A DNA stretch of 43,077 nt from a virus (lineage: Duplodnaviria > Caudoviricetes), in the IMG/VR virus record IMGVR_UViG_3300023055_000275, positions 1 through 43,077 of that record; one strand, written 5' to 3'. Positions within the stretch are counted from its first letter, which is position 1. The number at the start of each line of letters is the position of its first letter. Shown here piece by piece: positions 1 to 7,195 of this stretch. A program made the translations under genes and the position numbers. The notes under the pieces were generated by a model, which saw only the letters and a program-made list of their open reading frames with translations, ran no database searches and was not told where the DNA came from.

Positions 1-723
1 CTAGCCAGCCAAGCCCCCCATCATCCGGCGATATACTGTGAAATCGAAATCATCACCATCCTCGTCCAATACCTGTTCTAGCCCACCACTGATCGCCGCA
101 AACGGCTTTTCGCCGATCTCGATAAAAGCAGAAAACGTCTGCTGCAAATCCGGAGGGTCCAACTTCAGAACATCATCAATCAAGAATTTGTAGAACGCAG
201 TTGTATGTTGCAAAACTCGCTTTGAGTGCTCTGCGTTCCACATCATCGCCTGCTTGGGAATGGACAGAGAATGCCGAAATTCCGCCGGGACACGCAAATC
301 CATGAGCCAATGGCTCCCGCCATCGTGCGGCATTCCAATTTCTGCGCCGACCGTTACGATTTTTGGATGCACATATTCATTCCTTGCCTTTATCAACTCA
401 ACCATGCGCTGGACCTCGACTCTCCCATGGTCAAGTTTTTTCCCACGGAGATGCAGGCAAGCATTGATCTTGGATAGCGGGGGAAGCTTATCCAGATCCG
501 CTCTCAACCCACTTTGGATATCCGTCATCCAGAGGAGGCAGTTAGCGAAGCACTCTACTGTCAGACTAGCAAGCAGGATTGAATGACGAGCCAAGCGCCG
601 CTGCTGATCGTCCTCTACCAAGACGGCCATGCGATGGAACGTAACCGCATCACTCACCAGACTCAAGAGTGCGTTATTCCGCATCTTCGCAGGAAGAAAA
701 ACTTGAGAATTGCTCACAGCCAT
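1..723 (-). CDS. Putative HEPN-type (RxxxxH) protein, candidate RNase toxin/defence effector
   Basis: 240 aa ORF; ELIKARNEYVHP (R114-H119) preceded by a helical ASLTVECFAN segment typical of HEPN domains. Confidence 0.6.
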   Translation of the reverse strand: MAVSNSQVFLPAKMRNNALLSLVSDAVTFHRMAVLVEDDQQRRLARHSILLASLTVECFANCLLWMTDIQSGLRADLDKLPPLSKINACLHLRGKKLDHGRVEVQRMVELIKARNEYVHPKIVTVGAEIGMPHDGGSHWLMDLRVPAEFRHSLSIPKQAMMWNAEHSKRVLQHTTAFYKFLIDDVLKLDPPDLQQTFSAFIEIGEKPFAAISGGLEQVLDEDGDDFDFTVYRRMMGGLAG

Positions 724-737
724 ATCGCCTACGCCGG

Positions 738-1547
738 TCAGAGAATGTTGCTGATATACAAGCAGTCAATCTCCCCATCCTTTGCCACAGCTTTCCCTCG
801 AACACGGATCCATGCTCCGCTGACCAAGGCAGCCGCATAAGGGCTCGGAACAGCCGCGTTTGCGGGATCAGTAATTCTTGCTTTTACGCGCCTTGAGTCA
901 TCATCACGAAGCCGCACCTTAGCAGTACTATTTTCTCGGTCAATTTCCGAAATAGTTAACTCCCAGTCGCGCTCGGCTCCGACCTCCAGGTCTTCTGAGC
1001 TTCTAATCGCATCAGCGGTAGCCTCATCGACCACATACGCCCTTGCAACCGTCATGGTTGTACAGCTCTTGCCTACAGGAGCAACGGCTTGACGGACCGC
1101 TGGCCGCAGAGCGTCTGCCATTTTCTCAAGAGTGGCGTGCAGCTTATCTTGGTTGCTGCTCTGCATAACCAACAGCTTGTCAAGCGCGTCTTTGAGCATC
1201 TTCATTTCTTCTTTCTTCCCACTGGCACGGCTAAAAATCCACGCAACCAGAGCACCGATCAATGGCGCGGCAGCACCGCTAAACAACTGGTGTTGCTGTG
1301 CGAACTGCACCACAGCCTCCAGGGTGTAGCAATTTGCCCGAGGCTCATTGACGAGCACGCGAACATCCATGGCTTGATACTGCTTTGCATACTCACCAGT
1401 GGCGGCAAAATTAGCGGTTACAGCTAATATACGCGCCATACCTTGAAGAGACTCACCCAACACGTTGAGCTCAATTTGATGCTCAGCAGCGTCCTTACCA
1501 TCGTAGCGAATAGGGACCAAAGCGATATCGTTTTCCGAACCCACCAT
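738..1547 (-). CDS. Hypothetical protein with central hydrophobic helix, coiled segment and possible C-terminal OB-like beta domain
   Basis: 269 aa ORF; GGAGGCGAGAATAGGAAATG start context; LFSGAAAPLIGALVAWIFS hydrophobic stretch; beta-rich C-terminus. Confidence 0.75.
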   Translation of the reverse strand: MVGSENDIALVPIRYDGKDAAEHQIELNVLGESLQGMARILAVTANFAATGEYAKQYQAMDVRVLVNEPRANCYTLEAVVQFAQQHQLFSGAAAPLIGALVAWIFSRASGKKEEMKMLKDALDKLLVMQSSNQDKLHATLEKMADALRPAVRQAVAPVGKSCTTMTVARAYVVDEATADAIRSSEDLEVGAERDWELTISEIDRENSTAKVRLRDDDSRRVKARITDPANAAVPSPYAAALVSGAWIRVRGKAVAKDGEIDCLYISNIL

Positions 1548-1746
1548 TTCCTATTCTCGCCTCCGTGCAAAGAAAGTGACTGAGGCGCATCGCTTCCGAG
1601 GAGCGGTGCCACATCAGACGACACCATAAGGGCGTGTCGCCGCGATCCTAACCCGAAAATGCACGACGAGACCACTTGGCGGCTGCGCAAGGGCCAGCTG
1701 CAGTCAACGGCTTGATTCACTGACCATACGGTTACCGCAAAAGTTG

Positions 1747-2253
1747 TCAAACTTGGGGTTGCTGATCCCGAATCGTCCGGAGCCATCCCTTCCTCGGATC
1801 CGTCGCCCTAGGCTTGGCCTGCGCCGGCGGCCGGATCGGCTCCAGCGCTGCCATCACCCGAGCGGACGCAGCCGCAGCCGCCTGGTCCAGTCGCTGGGCC
1901 TGCTGCAGCTGCTCGCGGGTCGGGGGCAAGCCGGGCAGCGGCGGCGCCGGCTGAATCGGGGTGCCTTCGGTCAGGCGCGCAACCGCCTCGCGAAGCGGCA
2001 GATCCGGATACAGCCTGGCCGCGCACCACCGCTCGGCAAAGCGCTTCCCTTGGCGCAGGCTGACCACCCTCGCGCTCTTGGTCTGCCACATCTTCAGCGC
2101 ATTGAGCGTCATGCGCAGGCCGCCCGCACGATCAGGGGTGAGGCTGGCCACCTCTCGGCCGTTCCACCACAGTGCCCACCGCTCGCCCATCTGCACCCAC
2201 CCGGCAGGGATAGGAGCGGTTCGGAAGCCTTGGTAGCCGAGCGAAGGGAGCAT
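1747..2253 (-). CDS. Hypothetical protein (Trp-rich N-terminal half, Pro/Ala-rich tail)
   Basis: Likely start MLPSLGYQGF at 2253 within the 257 aa track ORF; high-GC codon usage. Confidence 0.65.
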   Translation of the reverse strand: MLPSLGYQGFRTAPIPAGWVQMGERWALWWNGREVASLTPDRAGGLRMTLNALKMWQTKSARVVSLRQGKRFAERWCAARLYPDLPLREAVARLTEGTPIQPAPPLPGLPPTREQLQQAQRLDQAAAAASARVMAALEPIRPPAQAKPRATDPRKGWLRTIRDQQPQV

Positions 2254-2326
2254 GCCAAGCAGCTTACGCTTCGCCGTCGCACAGCCTGAGATGACCCTTC
2301 GCCGATTCAGGACCGCGAAGGGACCC

Positions 2327-2626
2327 TTACCCACCGACCGGATGTCGGCCGGCAATTGCCCCCATGGTGAACGCATATCCAGCGTCTTCGAGCATTGACC
2401 GCAAACGCATTTCTGCCCTTCGCGGCATCGGAAGACCACGTGACGCATACAGCACATAGACAACATGACCGTCAGGGCCGTGCTCTCTGCGGACACTGCA
2501 GCTGTTGGTCTCGGCAGCATCTGACCATACAGCCTTCAATTTTTCAGGACCGATCGACTGTCCGTTTCGCAGGCGAAAGCTGAGCCAGCGCACGCATACA
2601 GGGTCGTATTTTTCTAGGTCAGCCAT
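2327..2626 (-). CDS. Hypothetical protein
   Basis: 99 aa ATG ORF with AGAAGG upstream; overlaps the stop of the upstream ORF. Confidence 0.6.
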   Translation of the reverse strand: MADLEKYDPVCVRWLSFRLRNGQSIGPEKLKAVWSDAAETNSCSVRREHGPDGHVVYVLYASRGLPMPRRAEMRLRSMLEDAGYAFTMGAIAGRHPVGG

Positions 2627-2829
2627 TGGGCACCTTCTATACGACGATGAAGATCCATCAGGACGACGGGGTCTATTCTGGGATGCTCGTCAACTGAAGA
2701 CATTGGTAGATCAATTCGTGTCGATCGCCTGACCAGCGCAGGGCACTCACGCGATAGATCAATCCACCAGCCCTCGGGAAGCCGCAGGCCTCTGCCGTTC
2801 CTGTCGTAAATGCTGATGTGAAAGCTCAT
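2614..2829 (-). CDS. Hypothetical protein
   Basis: 71 aa ATG ORF in a co-oriented cluster. Confidence 0.5.
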   Translation of the reverse strand: MSFHISIYDRNGRGLRLPEGWWIDLSRECPALVRRSTRIDLPMSSVDEHPRIDPVVLMDLHRRIEGAQWLT

Positions 2830-2853
2830 GCTCGATCCAATACTCTCGAGATC

Positions 2854-3126
2854 TCAGGCGCATGGATCAGGATTGGCGCGGCTAGCGCACAGAAATACCT
2901 GAGCCTCGTCTTGCTGGACCTTTAGGAAAGAATCAAGCCAGCGGGTCGCGGCCCCGCGGTTCTTTATGATTCTTCCCAATTCTTCCGTTAGGCAGCGAGC
3001 ACACTCCATTCCTCCCGGACTTGGAGAGTGGCAGGATCGGCATGGACCCATAGTCGTCGTACCAGCAGGCCGCGACTGGTACATGATTTTGGTCATTAAG
3101 CCTACCGCTTGCTCGTGCAAAGCCAT
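2854..3126 (-). CDS. Small putative zinc-binding protein (CxxC...CxxC)
   Basis: Start MALHEQ preceded by AGGAG; CRSC and CARC motifs. Confidence 0.6.
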   Translation of the reverse strand: MALHEQAVGLMTKIMYQSRPAGTTTMGPCRSCHSPSPGGMECARCLTEELGRIIKNRGAATRWLDSFLKVQQDEAQVFLCASRANPDPCA

Positions 3127-3147
3127 TGATCCTAGCTCCTGCCGGCT

Positions 3148-3175
3148 AAAAAGAAAGCCGCGCAAGGCGCGGCTT
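3148..3175 (-). terminator. Probable intrinsic terminator
   Basis: AAGCCGCGC-AAG-GCGCGGCTT stem followed by a T-rich tract on the minus strand, just after the stop at 3187. Confidence 0.55.
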
Positions 3176-3186
3176 CTCGTTGTGCC

Positions 3187-3408
3187 CTATCGACGAGCGT
3201 CCTGCTGCTCACCCAGCTTTTCCTTACCACTTCCCTGTTGGCCGCCATCCTGGCTGCTTTGCTGCTGCTTCTGCGGGTCCTTCTCGCCCTTTCCACCAGG
3301 GGCGCCGCCGAGCTCTTCGCCATCGACCTGGCCCTGCTGCCCTTGCTGGCCAGCGCGCTTTGCATCGTTGGTGTCGTTTGCTGCTTGGCCTTTCTCGATG
3401 TTGTTCAT
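3187..3408 (-). CDS. Small hydrophilic G/Q/K-rich low-complexity protein
   Basis: 73 aa; GGAG RBS upstream; followed by a terminator. Confidence 0.65.
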   Translation of the reverse strand: MNNIEKGQAANDTNDAKRAGQQGQQGQVDGEELGGAPGGKGEKDPQKQQQSSQDGGQQGSGKEKLGEQQDARR

Positions 3409-3556
3409 GCGTCACTCCACTGCAGCTGATGCTGCCCTGCAAACACTCCTCTACTCACTGTTACCTAAGTGTGGCGCTAGCCTCGCTTTATGAACGGTGC
3501 CGCAAACGGCTGCACCATCGAGGGAGTAGAGTTCAAGCTTCTAAAGGAGAACTGCC

Positions 3557-3835
3557 ATGGAAAGCCGCCGCAACAAAGACTATGTCGACATCGAAAGAGA
3601 GCTAGCCCACTGGGAGTTGGCCTTCAACGCGGGTTCCCTCCCTGCGTTGAACTTTCGCCATGAGGTTGCTCCCATAATTCGTTTGGCATGTGACATCTAC
3701 GTGAGGAACCCTCATGGTGATCGGCCTGCCTGGCTACTGGAGTTGAAGGAGCACCTGCAGCGACGCTCCAGTTTGCGCGGCGACCCGGGTGCGGAAGAGA
3801 TCGCCAGTGGCTGCTGGGCAATCATTTCTGCGTGA
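3557..3835 (+). CDS. Hypothetical protein
   Basis: 92 aa with strong AAAGGAGA RBS. Confidence 0.75.
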   Translation: MESRRNKDYVDIERELAHWELAFNAGSLPALNFRHEVAPIIRLACDIYVRNPHGDRPAWLLELKEHLQRRSSLRGDPGAEEIASGCWAIISA

Positions 3836-3973
3836 GTGCTTTTCCGAGCCAATTGCCTCCGTAGAGTCACCCATCATGCGAAGCACACTTGGATCAGGGT
3901 AAAATCCAGTTCCTTGGCTCTTCTCGGGCGCGAAATCGTTTGCGTCTGTGTCCGGCCCCAGCTGGCTAGACAC

Positions 3974-4273
3974 ATGCTTACCCCTAGCTCATTTCGGATC
4001 CTGAGGATCCGAGCTTCGCTGCAGCCGAACGGCATGCTTGACAACATTCAGGCAATACAGTTCAGATGCGGGACGTGTGACAAGGAGTGTCGACTTACAT
4101 CACGGATGGGCTTTTCGAAAGTCTCTGCTGGACTTGAGCTGACATGTTCATTTTGCCAAGGTATTGCGCATGTCAATCATGAAACCCTCTACGCAGAGTG
4201 GACGCAGCAGGTTAGGCGCGATCGAATGCTGAGATCGGCTGGAATCGATCCAGATGATCTATATCGCTCCTAG
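3974..4273 (+). CDS. Putative zinc-ribbon protein
   Basis: Start MLTPSSFRIL; CGTC and CSFC motifs. Confidence 0.6.
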   Translation: MLTPSSFRILRIRASLQPNGMLDNIQAIQFRCGTCDKECRLTSRMGFSKVSAGLELTCSFCQGIAHVNHETLYAEWTQQVRRDRMLRSAGIDPDDLYRS

Positions 4274-4873
4274 GTCGGTCAAATTCGCTCTCAATCGGCT
4301 CAAGCTTAAACACAGAAGGCGGCCGCCTGCGACTTGGCGCCTGCTGATGTTGTTCAGCCAAGACGCCTGAATTCGGCCAGCCTCCAGCACCGCCTCCAGC
4401 TCGAAGCTATCCGGTCTGCCTCTCAATGGCTCCCCAGGGGAGGCCAGGCCACCCTCCAGCGGCTGCAGTCGAGCGGGCTCTCCGCTGACGCTTTTGGCAT
4501 ATGCCGTGGCCACCATACGGTTCGCCTGCGGCGACCACCCGCCCAGCACGAGCTCGGTCCCTATAGCGGACGGTGCAATCCCGGCCTCCAGCGCGGCCTT
4601 CTCGTACGCTGGCCACAGCTGGTCAATCACCAGCCCTAGCTCCCTACCGAGCTGCTCCATGGTGAAGTCCGCGCGGAAGCTTGCTTGCAGGGCCAGTTCG
4701 TAGATCCGCAGGAAGAACTGAGCGCTACCGCGGCTGGCCAGCACTAGGTTGTGCTGAGGGATCAGAAGCAGTTTCGCGCCGGCCGACTTGGCGCCAGTCC
4801 GCGAGTCCTCAGCCAAGGTATCTACAGCAACCAATAGTTGATCTGGCGACAGCAGAACGTTGAGGATGCTCAT
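4259..4873 (-). CDS. Proteasome-beta/HslV-like Ntn-hydrolase fold protein
   Basis: After Met removal: S1, D17-T18, K33, G48 and C-terminal VAGGRLLCLSL, matching the T1/D17/K33/G47 and SGG-strand pattern of proteasome beta subunits. Confidence 0.6.
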   Translation of the reverse strand: MSILNVLLSPDQLLVAVDTLAEDSRTGAKSAGAKLLLIPQHNLVLASRGSAQFFLRIYELALQASFRADFTMEQLGRELGLVIDQLWPAYEKAALEAGIAPSAIGTELVLGGWSPQANRMVATAYAKSVSGEPARLQPLEGGLASPGEPLRGRPDSFELEAVLEAGRIQASWLNNISRRQVAGGRLLCLSLSRLRANLTDLGAI

Positions 4874-4938
4874 TGCCTGGGGCCATATGGAATGCCCCAA
4901 CTATCACTCTCATTCAGCGAGCTGTCTACGAGCGCCCC

Positions 4939-5211
4939 ATGCCCACCACTTCCGAGCTTTTGCATCGCCTTGATAACTGCACGACAGAGCTGGAGGCCCA
5001 TCGGGGCTACCTCAAAGCGATGGAGTACTGCGTCCGCGCGCTCATCATCAGCCACCCAGATCCGGCGTCATTGACGAGGGTATGGGAGGGCATAGTCCCA
5101 AGGATATTTGACAATCACCTCGAAGATTCCGCCCTATCTGCCGCAGCAATGCGCCAAGGGCTAGCCCTGCTCACAGAGCAGATCGAAGCGGCGGCGCATC
5201 CCGAGCGATAA
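4939..5211 (+). CDS. Hypothetical helical protein
   Basis: 90 aa ATG ORF divergent from the Ntn-like gene; 3' end overlaps the BLUF gene. Confidence 0.6.
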   Translation: MPTTSELLHRLDNCTTELEAHRGYLKAMEYCVRALIISHPDPASLTRVWEGIVPRIFDNHLEDSALSAAAMRQGLALLTEQIEAAAHPER

Positions 5212-5659
5212 CCGGCGTGGCTGCACGGACCTGGGCCAAGTTGATCAAACGGTCCATCGCTGTAGCATTCATCGCCTCAGCATCGCCTCGCATGTTGAAC
5301 CGGGTCCAATCTGCATGGGCAACGCTGGATAATTCCTGGCGCTCCACCGGCAGCCAGCGCATCGGCCAGAATGGCAGCCGCCGCTGTCCAACGCGGCCGC
5401 GTTGAAGCTCGACTATCCCACTATGGCTCTGCGACCCCAGCACTCGTGAGTAGGCGACAGCCAACCCATCTTCCGGACCTTCCAGGTACTGCAAGAACCT
5501 TGTTCCATCAAACAGCAGAACACCCGTCACCCCGGCATCCCTGTTGAAACGCGCCGCGTCGTTTACCAGTTCCTCAAGCTTCGCGCTTGGCAGGCCTGAT
5601 CCGCTGTCGGCCACCTGGGGTCCGGCCTCGCTCGCGTACACCACAGCCCTGATCGGCAT
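5171..5659 (-). CDS. Stand-alone BLUF-domain blue-light sensor
   Basis: VVYAS (Tyr), RFN, GVTGVLLF, FLQYLEG (Gln) and FWPM (Trp/Met) motifs; GGGAGA RBS. Confidence 0.9.
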   Translation of the reverse strand: MPIRAVVYASEAGPQVADSGSGLPSAKLEELVNDAARFNRDAGVTGVLLFDGTRFLQYLEGPEDGLAVAYSRVLGSQSHSGIVELQRGRVGQRRLPFWPMRWLPVERQELSSVAHADWTRFNMRGDAEAMNATAMDRLINLAQVRAATPVIARDAPPLRSAL

Positions 5660-5779
5660 CGGATAATCTCCCTGTCAGTCCCCCCAGCGGGTGAGGCTAG
5701 CACCGGGCTGAATAAAGGGCGTCATCGCGCCGTGAAACAGAGACCTGCGCCCCGAACAGTTCATTGAACCGGCATCACG

Positions 5780-5945
5780 GTACGGTTGCCGACCGGCCAG
5801 ATCGATGACTGAATGGCCGGCGGCGTGGAGGAGTCAGGGCCATGCTTTTGGCCAGCGAGCCGCCGACATAGAGGCCTACCGCGTCAGCCGCGCGGTGAAC
5901 ACGCCGAGAAACAACGTTGAGCAGCCGCTGACGCCTGTCGCCTGA
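5780..5945 (+). pseudogene. Degenerate 3' fragment of SOS response-associated peptidase (SRAP/YedK/HMCES family)
   Basis: Across frameshifts reads VRLPTGQIDD*MAGG / AMLLASEPP / IEAYRVSRAVNTPRNNVEQPLTPVA*; the VSxAVNxPRN tail is characteristic of SRAP. Confidence 0.7.
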
Positions 5946-5951
5946 GCACCA

Positions 5952-6122
5952 TCACTCTTCGACGTCAGATCCTCGATGCAGACGGGGCATCCTCCAGCCA
6001 CCGTGCGACTTGAAGTAGCCGCTGTCACCAGTCAGGGAGTACCTGATTCCTGCAACGATCGACGCTGGAACCGACCCGTGCCAGCTGCGTGCCTTCTGAT
6101 AGGCGTAACGGAAGGAGCGCAT
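5952..6122 (-). CDS. Small hypothetical protein
   Basis: 56 aa from MRSFRYAYQK; purine-rich GGAAGGG upstream. Confidence 0.4.
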   Translation of the reverse strand: MRSFRYAYQKARSWHGSVPASIVAGIRYSLTGDSGYFKSHGGWRMPRLHRGSDVEE

Positions 6123-6418
6123 CAATCTGCCCTTCCCTTCCGCAACCTGGCTTGGCACTTCGAGGATTTGAACAACGCGACCGCGCTGTGCAGCAGCCCA
6201 ACGACAGCTGCTCCGAACAACACCGCGAAGGCGAGAGACACTAGAAGATTCATGGCGAATACCAGATCTGACATATGGGGGTCGACAGCCCTGCAGCACG
6301 TCCAGCTACTGAACGTGCGGCAGTCCCCTGTTCGCCGGCATTGAACATCGCGGCAGCGCAGTTAGCGCAACGTGAAAACGCTGAACGATCCGTTGTTGTC
6401 TCTCGCCGTGGGGCCATC

Positions 6419-7192
6419 CTAGAAGACCGTGATCCCGCGATCAGCCATGCGCACATTCTTGGACCGTGCGTAGATGGCGGCGAGATCCTCCGGCGTAACG
6501 ATGTGATCGAAGGCGATCAGCTCAGCGACCGACACCCCTCGGTCGTAGAGAGTCCCGGTCGGCGGCGCGTAGTACGCATTGCCGATGCCGAGCCCGCGCG
6601 CCGATGGTGCGTACGCGCTGGCCATCGAGCCAGAGACGGCGGTGGCTCCGCCCACCCAGCAGCGCCAGGTTTTGGCGACACTGTCCACCTGCATGCAGAG
6701 GAAGATCCACTCCCCCAGTGCATCGGGAATGTTGCTGGCCGGCATCGCCGTGGCTGACCCGTTCGGGCGCAGGAGCTGCTGGATCGTGTCCGAGGTTGGA
6801 CCACGCAGCAGCCCCCAACCTTTGGCGTCGCCGTTGCCTGCTTGGGTCGTACCGACGTACAGCACGGCCTTGCCGTTCTGGATCTCGTAGCGGACCACCA
6901 TGCAAACGGTGAATGCGGGAGACTCTGCGATGGTGCTGGCCAAGCCGTTCAGCACGCCATCCACGGTGGTGAGGTAGTTGCTCTGGTAGACGGGACTGGC
7001 CGACACAGGCGTGAAGGAGGCAGCGCCCTTCAGGCCGAACAGGGAGTCGGAATTCCCGCCGAACAGGAAGTGATCCAGCGCCGCGTCTTCCCCCCGGATC
7101 GGGTAGACCGGCTGAAGCTTGGATGGATTGAGCGGGGGCACGCCGGCGCGGCGCGGGATGCCATCAAGCGTGGGCAGCAGGATCTGGACCAT
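6419..7192 (-). CDS. Tail-associated protein with probable LamG/concanavalin-like beta-sandwich
   Basis: 257 aa; FTVCMVVR...GEWIFLCM...LGIGN...VAELIAFDHIVTPEDLAAIY pattern; GGAGG RBS; follows the tail spike. Confidence 0.7.
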   Translation of the reverse strand: MVQILLPTLDGIPRRAGVPPLNPSKLQPVYPIRGEDAALDHFLFGGNSDSLFGLKGAASFTPVSASPVYQSNYLTTVDGVLNGLASTIAESPAFTVCMVVRYEIQNGKAVLYVGTTQAGNGDAKGWGLLRGPTSDTIQQLLRPNGSATAMPASNIPDALGEWIFLCMQVDSVAKTWRCWVGGATAVSGSMASAYAPSARGLGIGNAYYAPPTGTLYDRGVSVAELIAFDHIVTPEDLAAIYARSKNVRMADRGITVF

Positions 7193-7195
7193 GGA

